NCBI RefSeq assembly: GCF_964204645.1
Contig: NC_134025.1
Coordinates: 10,850,001-10,914,000, forward strand
DNA from: Tubulanus polymorphus
Taxonomy: Eukaryota; Animalia; Nemertea
Reading direction: 5' to 3'
Length of the DNA stretch: 64,000 nt
In this document: positions 50,485 through 63,869 of the stretch, in pieces
How the letters are laid out: every line of letters begins with the position of its first letter
How positions within the stretch are numbered: the first letter of the stretch is position 1
Position numbers and translations under genes: made by a program
Notes under the pieces: generated by a model
The model's input: the letters and a program-made list of their open reading frames with translations, nothing else
What the model was told of the DNA's origin: nothing
Database searches by the model: none

Positions 50485-53400
50485 ATGCAACAGCAAGAAA
50501 ATAAACTTATCACTCCACCGCAGGGTAAAATGAACATTAGCTTTTAAAACCGCCCAAAAAACCCAGTCCAAAAAATCCAGTCTCAATCTGTTGTTGAAAT
50601 TTTCAGAAATAGATTTTTTAGTGAAAGTTGACTAAATTTTTTGATTTGAGATTCATTGTAAATGCTTATCCTTCATCATAATTTTTCGATATTTTACAAT
50701 AATTTTCAGGACCACGCAGTAGATCTGTGACAGATAAAGAATTTGTAACACCAACCGCAACGCAACACGCTGGCAGTGGACGAATTCTTAAAGAACGCAT
50801 CCCAGACCATGAATTGTCTGCTATAAGAGAAGGTAATCTTCGTATAAATCTATATTTCATTTCCTAGGAAGACCAGCCTATCAGATTCCATGCAATAGAA
50901 GAAGGCTGGTGATATTTTGCCAACCAGACATTATTCCTGTTGACGCTGTTTTGCGCACTGAGGGGCGTGACTTCACAGAATTGACGGGAAGTGTGGAGAA
51001 CAGGGGCCAGTTGCTCAAAAGTTGGTTAGAGTTAACCAGTGGATAGTTGACATTGCGACAATTAATAGTTCATTGTTACTATGGTATTTATCCGCCGGTT
51101 ATTTTTAACCAACTTTTGAGCAACTGACCCCAGAGTTACAGAACTCGTTGCTTTTCACTTGACCACTGAGGCTCGATGAATCCGATGAATGTTTTAACTA
51201 CAAACTCAATTCATTACCAATTGAGTTAGCCTCCGGGTTAAAGGTAATACCTTCTATGAAACCGGGCCCTGATGTTTTGTGTTTTCTTTTTTTTTTCTAT
51301 CGTGCAGCTGCTAGTCTCTCGTTTCAAACTCACGACGGCAAAGACTCGTTTATCACCGTTCCGAGCGACGCTAGTTTCAACTCGAGTTGCAATTCGGATA
51401 TTCTTTCACGTCGGAGCCTCGGCGCGGACGTCAGCGTCATCGGTCGACAGTGGCACTCCTGTAATGACATTCGGCCGGGCGATTTCTCCGAGCCGGCTGT
51501 CGAAGTCACGTTCAATGAAGGCGGGCCGCCGTCGAACGAACTTTCATATTCAAGCCAGTATAGAAGGGCCGTGCAGCCGTCGATGCTGCAGCTCGGCGCG
51601 TACAGTCATTCGTCGGAAACGATTCCGAACGTTGTATATTGTCCTTCGCAGCGTACGTGCAGCTCTTATTCGCAATCGTCTACCGGTGCGTCGGCGGCGC
51701 ATTACCCGGCGGCCCGAGTAACTCCGCAGCAACAGATGAATGGCAACTACGGCGTGCCGGCTTACCCGAGCGATTGTAGCGGATATAGTCATTATTCGGC
51801 CTATAAGAGCGTTCAACATCCTGTGACAAACGCGACGCGATGCAGCATACCACCATCAGGAGGTTACAGCGTAATGCGCCACCACAACGCTCATCAGCAG
51901 ATGGCACCCGCGAGCGCTTGTACGAGTCTTTACAGCCAACATGGGCCGTCATCTTCGGTGCACGAAGGTCAGTTTCCGTACGCGCGTGCCGATTGTCCAG
52001 TGCCGCAGTTGTCGTACAATGGTGGCTCGTCGGTTTACGGCGACGAATCCCGACGCGCTACATCCGTTTGTAGCGACATCGGCGATCAGTCATCGGTTAT
52101 TTCGTCGGCTTCAGACGCCGTCGAAAATTTGACCTCCTGGCAGAAAAAGCATCAGATGCACTTGAAAAGACAACAAGAATTGGTGAGTGAATGCTCAATG
52201 TTGATTTATTATATCTAAGTTCATTTTAGTTCGTAGATAATCTAACACTTTAAGTCTAGAGAAAGACCATATGTGGACTGTGGAACTGGCCCATGATTTC
52301 ATCTTGCTCAAATCTTTAGTTATTATTTAATTGATAACTTTTGAATAGTCTCCAAAAAATGTTACCTCCAAATATGGATGCGGTTTAGCTATTCAGAGAC
52401 AATAATTCTCTCTCTGAAAAGCCATAACACACAGTCTTGTTTGGAGGTAACATTTTAAATTATATATTTGACTTGAGAAATGAAGCCTTGTTATTGAATG
52501 TATCGCCTTTTTCAGTCGGATGACGGGATTCATAAATGGTCGGCACTTCAACGCGCTGCTGATGGTATCATTCGAGAGAAAGACATGATCATCGAAAGGT
52601 TTGTCTCGAAAAGAAAAAGTTTTCCTTATTGAGTACCTACAATTTTCCGCTGAACAGCAGTTAATGTCTTTATGAAGAATCGGGTTTTCACTTTCGTAAC
52701 GAAGGTTTTAAAAACTTTTAGACAAAAGACGCAACTTCTCAAAATGGAACAACAGAGCACCATTCACGAAGAGAACCTTAAACGGGCACTTTCATTGGGC
52801 CTCACCAAGGACTCGAACATCGATACTTTAAGTTATCGTTATCAAGTAAGTACCAGTAGGATAACCTGTTTGAAATAAATTCATAATTTTAGGTGACTTT
52901 TGCTTGAAACTGATGTAAAAACTCTGCTAAAAAAATCTAATTCGTGTATCTGCCACTTAGCTTGAAAAAAATAAATGGGGCCATAAATGATGAATGATAG
53001 AAAATCGTTTTTGAATTTTCAGGATATGCAACTTGAAAATAGCGCGCAGAGGGTTCAATTGTCTGAGCTTTTGGCAAAGAAAGATCAAGAGATTGAAAGC
53101 CTTCAGCAAAAATTGGGGTTTGTTATTTCAAGGGATCCTGATGATAATCTCCCCTTTAGGACGAGCCCACCCATACACATTTCACCATGGATTTGGTGAC
53201 AACATATTAGCTTGATGTATACAGAAATATAAAGGTGTTTTAGTGAACATCTTACCCCTAATTTTTTATTGTCAGGATTAGAAACTAGTAATTCTTCAAT
53301 GTTACTGAAAAGATTTCAACTTCTATGCCGATGTAGCACCAACCATAATTCTGAATTTGCTCATGATTTTAACAAAATGCACTGGACAAAATATCATGAA

Positions 53401-56400
53401 GAATATTTTCTATATTCATTAGGCCTACATTCTAGTCAAATGTAACAATTTATACAATTGATTGAACACTATATCCATGTTGAAGTTAAGTAGAGAGAAT
53501 TCCACAATAATAATGGAAAAACTAAGTCCAAAAATTAACTGAAGCTAGTAGTTTATTCAACGTTTCGACTAGCCTATATCCTAATAGTAATCTTCAGGAA
53601 TAAAGGATAATAATTTACTCCTGAAGATGACTATTAGGATATAGTCGAAACGTTGAATAAACTACTAGCTTCAGTTACATTTTTGGATTTAGTTTTTCCG
53701 TTATTATTGTGGGATTCTCTCTACGTAACTTTTTTTTTTTGTTATACTTTTTTAGGGCTGCTGAATACGAATTCCAACAATTGGTCGCTGAACTGCAACA
53801 AAAGGAGATCATTCCCAAAACAGATTGGAAAAAATTACAAGATGAGGTAGGCCCAATTAATGAGTTATTGAATTCAGATTTAGTCGGATTTTTAATCAAC
53901 TTGCGACATAGCCCCGGTGAACTATTGATTCACTTTTCATCCATAGTCCATAGGTGGAATTAAGTACCAGGTAATGCAGAGTGTACTGAACAGCCTAACA
54001 TGATGTCTTTTCACGCAGGTGGATGAAAGAGACAAGAAGATTAAGGATATGAAAGAGAGACACGATGAGCTTTTCGATGAACTGACACACAAGAAAGAGA
54101 AGTTAGCCGGCTTGGAGCGTTATGTTGCCGATTTGCCAACACAAGATGATCACAACAAAAAAGAGCAACAAATATCCTTTTTCTGAAAAAGTATTGTTTC
54201 GAAACAATGTTTTCTGAATGTCCCAGCTGAATTTCAAATATAGCTCAAAGTCAAATAGCCAATTGAATCCTAAATGCATGATAAAGATTAAAGATTTACA
54301 GATAATTTTGGAAACACATTTCATACAAAAAACATGCAGGTACCAATACATGTACTTAGAATACGATTACTCGCGGTGACTTCATTTTCAGTGTAAAGGT
54401 CTTAATTGGATGAAACCCACTTATTTTAATGATTAGTTCATCGACCACAAGAGGCTTGGCTGTATATATTTTTTACTTACGGGTAAATTTGTCAGAAAAA
54501 TAACACTAATACTTCTCACTCGAATCCAATGGTCGCTGGCCCTTCTGAGATATACGTTATTTCCTTAATGCGCCGTTTACTTGAAATTATTAAGAGAAAG
54601 CGAGATCATACTGAAAAGTCGAATCTCTGATATGGAATCTTCATTGGTTGAAAAGCAGACGGTTATCGAAAACAGAGATAAAACGATTAAATCGTATGAA
54701 AATCAAGTCGATGATTTGAAAACTAAGGTATGATAGTCAGCGTTGGTTTGGATTCAATTTCTTGGATCTATGATTTCTAATCCTTATACGAAAAAAAATT
54801 GATTTTTCTCTCTGTTCTGTTAGATTACCGGGCTGGAGATAGATTTACAACGATTTCAACAACCCGATAAAAATGGCCAATTGTTGGCTAGCAAAAACAA
54901 GGATATTGATGACCTCAGGTGGGAAAATCAGAAACTACACGCAGATTTTGACAAAATGAAAAAGGTATGTATCGATTTATGGACGAATCAACACAATCCA
55001 AAGAGGGGGTGGAGTTTGGCTCCAAAATGGCAAAAATGGAATGAAATCTTTAATTTGTATGTACTTAATGCTGTATTGTGATTTATTCTTTCACTTTACG
55101 TCAGTTTATGGAGGCAAGAAATAAAAAGTTTCAACAAGTCGAAGCAAAAATGCAAGCGCAGATCAAACAATATGAAGAGCAGACCGTTGCTGATGAGAAC
55201 ACCGTGAATACCCTGCAGCTTGACTTAGTTAGTAAAGAAAATGAAATACGCGAACTAAGGCAAGCGATGAAACAGGTAATTGTTGGGATAATTTTTGATG
55301 GACATTCGCCGAAGCCTATTTTATCATCGGTTGCATTTTTTAGCCCACTTGGGACTTTAGTCCCAGCGGGCTATTGCGTTCACTTTTCGTCCGTCCGTCC
55401 GTCCGTAGACGGAATCCAGTTATGTTGGGAAGTTTTGAAGACGCTTCAAGATAATGTCTTGATATTTGGGTTACACATGTATCTACCCTAGACACATCTT
55501 CAGCCCAAAAACTGGCCCTGTCAGATTCAAGATGGCCGACTGGCAGCCATTGTTGTTCGCCAAAATCAGCACTTTTTACACATTTTTGAACTTTTTGAAG
55601 GAAATTTTGAAGACGCTTTGATCAATTACCTTGATCTTTCGGATATATGTGAATTCCCCCAGGGCCCATCAGCATAACAAAAATTGGGTCGATCGGACTC
55701 AAGATGGCCGTCCTATGACCTTTTTAGTGCCCAAAAATGTTAATTTTGGTCCAAATTCTGAGTTCTGTAGCTTCCTACTGGTTTATCATCTCTCATTGCA
55801 ATTTGTGATGGGTATTCTTTGGAAAGGGATGTTTTATACCTGAGACAGGTATTTTTCATCAGCCAATTATGACGCAATTGGCGGCTATCTTGGTGTCAGC
55901 AGTACTCATTCATAAGTGGGAAAAATTTTTTCCACATTATATTGATACCTAAGCGTATTTTGTTACCACAATCAATTAGAAAGTTGTAGCTCATAACGTG
56001 TTCTATGATTGTGGTGAGTTTCAAGGTCATTGGTTTTTGTATATGGCCACCAGGGGGCGTTGAATAATGCAATATCTTAGTATTTCTATATTATATTCGT
56101 ATCAATGCATATTTTGTAACCACAATCAATTGCAAAGTTGCAGCTCATGACATCATCTATGATCGTGGCAAGTTTTAAGGCCATTAGTTATTCTATATGG
56201 TCACCAGGGGGCGTTGAAAAGTAGAATAACTTAATATTTCCTTATTATATTGGTACGTAGGCATATTTTGTTACCATGATCAATTACAAAGTTATAGTTC
56301 GTGACATGTTCTATGATTGTGGTGAGTTTCAAGGCGATTGGGTTTTGAATATGGTCACCAGGGGGCGTTGAATAGTATAATAACTTAGTATTTCCATATT

Positions 56401-57828
56401 AAAGTGGTAACGAGGCATATTTTGTTATCACAAACAATTACAAAATCGTAGCTGCTGACATGTTCTATGATTGTGGTGAGTTTTAAGGTCATCGGATTCT
56501 GTATATGGTCACCAGGGGGCGTTGAATATTGAAATTGTTAGATTGTTGGGCATTTGGAACCACTTCCCAAGTGGGCATGGTGTCCCTGGACCCCTAGTTT
56601 GATTTGGCGGAGTTAGTTAAAACCAAACTTTAAGTCATGAATCAAGAGTTTGACAGAAGGTTTCATGACCTGTGTCAGTTCATAGAAGGTGAAATCAGTT
56701 GTGTAACAACAAAGTTAATGTATCATCAGTTCAATTGGATTCGATCAAAATGATGAAACTATCAAGTGTGGATTTAGGAAGTCAACTGATCCAAGCCTTC
56801 AAAATTCCAAAAATGAAAATTTAATATAGAACACAAAAAATTATCCTCAATGGGGCCTGATAAGGGCCAGAAAAGCCCCTGTTTTTCCTAAATTTTTAGT
56901 TGAAGGGCCACCAGAATCCCCCATCAATGTTTCGGGCTTATAGCCCTCTCATTGCCCTTTTCAAATTACAGTGTAAGTGGCCATTTAAATTTTCAATTCC
57001 ACCCTTCAAAGAATCTTAGTTCCAGTCTTGGCCATGTATTGGTTACATTCATACATGTACCTATTCATGTATATCCGACTGTGGTTTACTGTCGGCTAAG
57101 AATGTCCATCTTGTTTATCTTTCGGATTTGTCTTTTAATTCAATACTGAATATTGATACCCGTAGTACCGATTTTTCATCTAGTTGAACAAGACAAATCA
57201 GGAATTGCGTGGGAAAAACCTGTCGCTCGAAGATAAAGCGATGGAATTCGATCGCATTATGTCATCCAGTCAACAACGGCTTGAAAAGAAGATCACGAAG
57301 GAGGTGAACAAGTGCGTTACGGAATTGCAGTCACTCGTAGAGACGTGCCTTCAACATTCTCAAGGACAAGATCCAAATCTTTCCATGCTGCTCGGAGTTA
57401 AAGGTTGGTAATTTGATGACTTTTGATACCCTAGTTAATAGTCCCTGGTGTTTATCGGGTCCAAAAATTACGCAACTCACGATTCTAGGCTAATCGATCT
57501 TTAGGTATCATACATGGTGTGATCTTCATTTGTATTGCCCACAATGGCTACATTGGACTTGTGGATCGTTTCTTGCCACAATTGGATTCGTGAATGCCGA
57601 GGTTATGGCGTATTTAGTAGTTAACAGGTCTCATCCATTATCGTTTCAGCGTCTTCATTATCCGACAACGAAGACGAAAATCGTAACTCGGCGGACGGTG
57701 AAGATGTCCTTCGAGAAAGACTAGCTCGCATACGCAACTTACGTAAGGACATCGATACAATACGTGACCAGGTTTCGAGCAAACTCGCGGAAGACATGGG
57801 CGATAATATTAACTGTATTACGCAGTGA
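50485..57828 (+). CDS. CEP85: Centrosomal coiled-coil protein CEP85/CEP85L-like, ~13 exons
   Basis: Predicted exons 50485-50524, 50710-50831, 51308-52182, 52516-52598, 52722-52845, 53023-53116, 53756-53846, 54019-54171, 54581-54727, 54824-54964, 55104-55275, 57184-57403, 57650-57828. Motifs LERYVADLPT, GQDPNLSMLLG and C-terminal LRKDIDTIRDQVSSKLAEDMGDNINCITQ resemble the CEP85 family; the first two exons are less certain. Confidence 0.82.
51001..51133. mobile_element. PIF/Harbinger-like MITE (copy 3), CAG duplication
   Basis: CAG-GGGCCAGTTGCTCAAAAGTTGGTTA...TAACCAACTTTTGAGCAACTGACCC-CAG. Confidence 0.8.
53490..53724. mobile_element. Foldback Penelope-like remnant with a hammerhead motif in each arm
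   Basis: About 115-bp inverted arms; termini GTAGAGAGAATTCCACAAT / ATTGTGGGATTCTCTCTAC. Confidence 0.75.
53614..53661 (+). ncRNA. Minimal type-I hammerhead ribozyme motif (Penelope-type)
   Basis: TTTACTC-CTGAAGA-T-GACTAT-TAGGAT-ATAGTC-GAAA-CGTT-GAATAAA: helix I with one mismatch, conserved core, 6-bp helix II and palindromic ACGT in place of helix III. Confidence 0.7.
54172..54580 (+). other. U12-type AT-AC intron of the CEP85-like gene
   Basis: Donor ATATCCTTTT, branch TTCCTTAAT (54561-54569), terminal AC; joins two open phase-0 exons. Confidence 0.92.
55341..56598 (-). mobile_element. Helentron/HINE-like element, second full copy (4 internal units)
   Basis: Reverse-complement homolog of 23827-24890, sitting between T residues. 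Confidence 0.78.
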
Positions 57829-59478
57829 ATTTTGTCAGTTGCAAGTCATGTAGAAACTATTTTGACTTTTCTATTAATTGCATTCTATGCATTGTAAATA
57901 GATAATTGATCAGATTAATGTACCCGTACTTAATTTAAAGAATTTCTACTGTTTGTAATGAAATGCTTCACTTTCAGACCTTATGATGAAATTGATTAAT
58001 TTATGTTAACAATGTGGGTATCATTAGGTATCAATCTGTGGCCGAGACCACAGCCTCTGTCATTTGATGCTTTGATAACACCACGACAGTCAGCCCTGGC
58101 TGCAGATTTATACCTGCATTAGGTCAGGCCAAACCTCCTTCAAAATGCTGGGTAAAAGACAGGCCAAACCTTCAAAATGCTGGGTAAAAGATATACTAAT
58201 GTTGACCATTTTGAAACTATATATAAGATTGCTTAACCGACTTTATCAGAACTAGACTTGGAGGGGTGCAGCTGGTATTTACTATTGTATAGGCTCTGAT
58301 AGAAGTGCACAATATTATATGACTTAGCATCTACTGTATACTGTTCGTATGGGTAGTGGCAGGAAGTGTGCTTTATATCACGTGCTTCATCATTACTTTC
58401 AAGGTGGCGATTTGTAATGGGTTAATTTTCTACATTACTCTATATTTGAGAAGACAGCTTTTCGATATAATATAATCGCATATAAGGAAGATGCGGGTCA
58501 TCTTTCTGCAGCATTTATTCATGTTTCCTGTATTAAGCGACGTGTTTTTGGATAATAAATATTTTGATAGAATATTCGTTTGTAAAATTGTGTTTGGTGT
58601 ACGTGCAATTGGAGAATGGTTTCTCATTGCATAGCAGCTGTCAGAATTATGGACTTCATGTAAGATTGATTACCCAATTATCAATCACACAATACCTTTG
58701 ATGAAGAACTGGATTCTCATTTTAGCAAACCACAGTGTTAGCAGATTAGTCTTTCCACTTTGGATGTCACTTTCTATCAAGATATTCTAGTGATGAAAAA
58801 AGCCTTGGGTGGATTTGAACCCCTCAGACTAACATAGACAACCACACCGATACAGGAAATGACCAAGAATGAGGGAAACATTTCAAAAATATTAACCTTT
58901 CCATGGTATCAAAGCCATTCTTCCTTCTAAATACAGCGCAACCTTATTTCAACCGACTTGGATACAATGATTCATCAGATAAAGCAAATACAGGATTTTG
59001 TCTGAAGACAATTTCACAGTGGTATCGATACAGTAACGAATTAAGTTCTAAATGATTGTCTAGTCCCGTGAAGTTCATTGTAACGAGGTTCCACTGTAGT
59101 GGATCATCGAAGGGCATCGTTATGCGTCGTTTATCTACGCAGCAAAATCCATTTTTTACCTCATGAATCAAACAAATTACTTAAGATATACAAGCAGTTT
59201 TCTTTGAATATTTTATTCTTAATACATCATTGGTAAGGAGAAAAATTTATGATGGGAATCTGTGCCACAAATGTAAACAACAGATACAAGTATTTGGAAT
59301 GTAAATCATTGCGTTATAAATTCAATTGTATAAATTTGCTAAAATGAACTTTCTTTAAATGTGATTTCTGTCAAACAGGACCAAGGTTCTACAGAATCAA
59401 GTACCATGTATGATTATTGAAAGCGAATCAATTTTGATTAACTAAACTGCTAGTGAGTGATCATCCCTTACAGTATAA

Positions 59479-62400
59479 TGATATATCCCTTATATTTTAT
59501 AATCAGAGCATTTCAAAATTTGATACTACTTATATTACATTATCTTAAAACCAACATGAACAATCGGCGAAAACTCATAAGTCGATTTATTCACTATTTG
59601 TTCAGTTCACAAATGCTTAATAAAGTTTAAAGGGGGAGTGCGAAATTGTTACCATTTCAAATCGCACTTTCCTACTTAGGTCTGCGTGCAACTTTTTTCT
59701 GTATTGCGTAAATCAAGGGACTAGTTAATCCTTAAACTACTGAATTACAGTAGATATTTTTTCCGTGGAACCTTTTATGCTGCCCATGCCTGTACTAAAA
59801 TATGTGCGTTTTGTATGATCTATTTGGAGTAATCATCTGATGCTTACTCCAAGGTATAATCAACATTACAATAAAGCATATATGTAGATAGAAATGTCTC
59901 ACATACTATTTCTTGTATAAGAAATTCTATAGGAAAAAAATGCATTTGGCTAATAAACTCTAGCTACTAAATAAACTCTCAAATATGGATTTTCTAAATA
60001 CTTTCCTTTTGTAATAAGTACACGAAGGGAGCTTAACACAACGTTATAAAAAACGGTACACAAAACTTTTCAAATAGCCATAGTGTATATTGAGACAGAT
60101 AAAAATAGCACGTTTATGATGAAAAGCAACAATCATAGAATATATACCAAAACTCATGTGATTTACTTTAGAAGCAATAACCGATAAGAATAGCATTTTT
60201 ATGATGTAAAAACGATAGTCATAGAAAACTAACATGATTTACTTAAAGAGCAATTAAAAATATAAACATGTACTAACTTCTATAATTCTTATTTAGTGCC
60301 GTGTATGATTCTAAATGATTCTAAATAGTAAATATGATACCAGTCATACCCGGTAAATGAAAATCACGATAAAAATCAGTGGTACAATACTTTATTCCCA
60401 TTTACCAAATCATTCTACGCTTATTGATATAATATATGTATATATACTACATGTATAGGAAGAAAATTGTTCCATCGTACTCACATGCAATGCAAAAATA
60501 TCTGGAATGAATGAATCTTTTTGGGGCCGGTTGCAAAGTCATGGCTTAGACTTAAGACCAGTCGAAGACCAACTTAGTTCTATAGCCTATCCAGGGAAGT
60601 GTGATGTCATCACACTTCCCTGGCCTATCTAACAACTTAAGACTAGCCTTAAGATTTAAGACCAATTTTGGACTTATGTCACGATTGTGCAACTGGTCCA
60701 CACGGAGTTAAGTCCAATTTCAGGGCCAAGGAAAAAAGAAAGGTAATGAAAATTCGCTTACAGGTACCAGTAAGGGCTTATAGACCTTAAATTATAATGT
60801 GGATGGCAAATCATCCGAAACTGATACAACAAAGCCACTGCAGAACTCATTTAATTCTGATGACTAAGGACTGCCCAGATTTCTCCGAATTAAGTAAAAT
60901 CCGAATTATGAATAATAGGTTACGTGGTTCCAGGTTAAATGAACCAAATATTTCACCAGTATTAAGTGAAAATCCTGATAAAAAATCCGAATTTACATTC
61001 ACCATTGAACAGATAAACACCTGACCAGGTCAAAGCTTGGCAGAAATGAGAAACCTAAGGTACCAATTTTTGATATATCCCTTATATTTTATAATCAGAG
61101 CATTTCAAAATTTGATACTACTTATATTACATTATCTTAAAACCAACATGAACAATCGGCGAAAACTCATAAGTCGATTTATTCACTATTTGTTCAGTTC
61201 ACAAATGCTTAATAAAGTTTAAAGGGGGAGTGCGAAATTGTTACCATTTCAAATCGCACTTTCCTACTTAGGTCTGCGTGCAACTTTTTTCTGTATTGCG
61301 TAAATCAAGGGACTAGTTAATCCTTAAACTACTGAATTACAGTAGATATTTTTTCCGTGGAACCTTTTATGCTGCCCATGCCTGTACTAAAATATGTGCG
61401 TTTTGTATGATCTATTTGGAGTAATCATCTGATGCTTACTCCAAGGTATAATCAACATTACAATAAAGCATATATGTAGATAGAAATGTCTCACATACTA
61501 TTTCTTGTATAAGAAATTCTATAGGAAAAAAATGCATTTGGCTAATAAACTCTAGCTACTAAATAAACTCTCAAATATGGATTTTCTAAATACTTTCCTT
61601 TTGTAATAAGTACACGAAGGGAGCTTAACACAACGTTATAAAAAATGGTACACAAAACTTTTCAAATAGCCATAGTGTATATTGAGACAGATAAAAATAG
61701 CACGTTTATGATGAAAAGCAACAATCATAGAATATATACCAAAACTCATGTGATTTACTTTAGAAGCAATAACCGATAAGAATAGCATTTTTATGATGTA
61801 AAAACGATAGTCATAGAAAACTAACATGATTTACTTAAAGAGCAATTAAAAATATAAACATGTACTAACTTCTATAATTCTTATTTAGTGCCGTGTATGA
61901 TTCTAAATGATTCTAAATAGTAAATATGATACCAGTCATACCCGGTAAATGAAAATCACGATAAAAATCAGTGGTACAATACTTTATTCCCATTTACCAA
62001 ATCATTCTACGCTTATTGATATAATATATGTATATATACTACATGTATAGGAAGAAAATTGTTCCATCGTACTCACATGCAATGCAAAAATATCTGGAAT
62101 GAATGAATCTTTTTGGGGCCGGTTGCAAAGTCATGGCTTAGACTTAAGACCAGTCGAAGACCAACTTAGTTCTATAGCCTATCCAGGGAAGTGTGATGTC
62201 ATCACACTTCCCTGGCCTATCTAACAACTTAAGACTAGCCTTAAGATTTAAGACCAATTTTAAGACCAACCTTATGTCACGATTGTGCAACTGGTCCATA
62301 CGGAGTTAAGTCCAATTTCAGGGCCAAGGAAAAAAGAAAGGTAATGAAAATTCGCTTACAGGTACCAGTAAGGGCTTATAGACCTTAAATTATAATGTGG

Positions 62401-62669
62401 ATGGCAAATCATCCGAAACTGATACAACAAAGCCACTGCAGAACTCATTTAATTCTGATGACTAAGGACTGCCCAGATTTCTCCGAATTAAGTAAAATCC
62501 GAATTATGAATAATAGGTTACGTGGTTCCAGGTTAAATGAACCAAATATTTCACCAGTATTAAGTGAAAATCCTGATAAAAAATCCGAATTTACATTCAC
62601 CATTGAACAGATAAACACCTGACCAGGTCAAAGCTTGGCAGAAATGAGAAACCTAAGGTACCAATTTTT
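59479..62669. repeat. Near-identical ~1.59-kb tandem duplication
   Basis: 59479-61070 repeated at 61071-62669 with about two substitutions and one small indel seen; each copy carries a GGGGCCGGTTGCA...TGCAACTGGTCC MITE. Confidence 0.95.
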
Positions 62670-62688
62670 CAACTTAACCATGAAAAGA

Positions 62689-63869
62689 TTAGAAAGAATC
62701 ATCACTGCAACTTGATGCTGCGTCCTTTTCAATTTGATTCAACCATTCGCAAGCAGCTTGCTTTTGTTGCGCCCAACTATAGATCTCTTCATTAAGCCTA
62801 CTGTCAAAATCGACAGCGACGTTTTTAAAACTGCTGTCGGAGCAGCTACTGTAACTGCTGCTGTCCTCGGTGTAGAACGGTTCATGATCGATGCCTCTTA
62901 ACGTTGAATCATCATCCGAACTATTCTCCGTATTGGACGAATTATCATTTGAAAGCGGAACCACGTCGGCTTGGTTTCGGTTGCTCAGACCCGGAGCCCG
63001 CTCAACAGAATCGCCCGCGCTATTGTCAAATGAAAAAGATTTTCGTAGCCAATTCATTATACGCCTGCCGACCGGTTTGTCATCAGCTTCAGTCTCACCT
63101 ACAATAGCGTTGGCAGAAGACGCAACGAGTGGCTGAAATACAAACATTGTTTACATTGAATACTGTATGCACATGTAAAATTACGGCATATCCTATCAAA
63201 CAAAGCAGGATCAAAATTACACTGCGGTACCATAGTTGCACAAAATACATTCCCAAATTATATTCTTTCATTATTTAAAAAAAATTATGGACAAGCTAAT
63301 CATAGCCTGGCGGAGGCTATAGAAATGAACTGATTACAAATTTCATTGCATTATAAACCACGTCTACACTAGCTAGCTGAACTCGGGTTCCGATGTACCC
63401 GGGTTTGACAAAAACCCGCGTACGCAGTGAGTAGCGTCTACACTTAACACAGTTTCCGTAGTAAGAATCCACATCTGTAGTTCATGTTCAAGGTCAATTG
63501 TGCTTCCGAACGCTGCATTGAATTCGGGTTTTGAGCGTAGTGGAGACGCATAACCTGGGTACAAAATGCTAGTGTAAACGGAGCTTTACAAAATGACCTG
63601 GCAAATTAGAAACAACAAGGTATTATTCTTTTTTATCAGACTTATCATCATTTTAATAATAAGAAAAAAGTAAAATAAAAGAAAAATCATTCTCTCACCT
63701 CTGGATTAATCAATTCACTATCGTCTAACTCCAAGGAATTGTCTTTTCTTAACTTTTTTGAATTGGATATGGCGGCAGTGTCAGACATTTTACGTTTATG
63801 TGACAACTTTTTTCCCGATTGAGGCACTGGTAACATCGTTGTTTGTTTTGAACTATTCTCCTTGAGATC
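62689..63869 (-). CDS. Last two exons of an unidentified gene (Ser/Asp-rich C-terminus), continuing beyond the window
   Basis: Exons 63699-63869 (57 codons, CAG/GTGAGA) and 62689-63132 join in phase 0; basic NLS-like KKLSHKRK and KKLRK segments; family not recognised. Confidence 0.7.

Noticed and set aside
60044-62622. Pairs of identical small ORFs (63 aa and 75 aa)
   Set aside because: They simply reflect the 1.6-kb duplication; no coding signature or splice structure.
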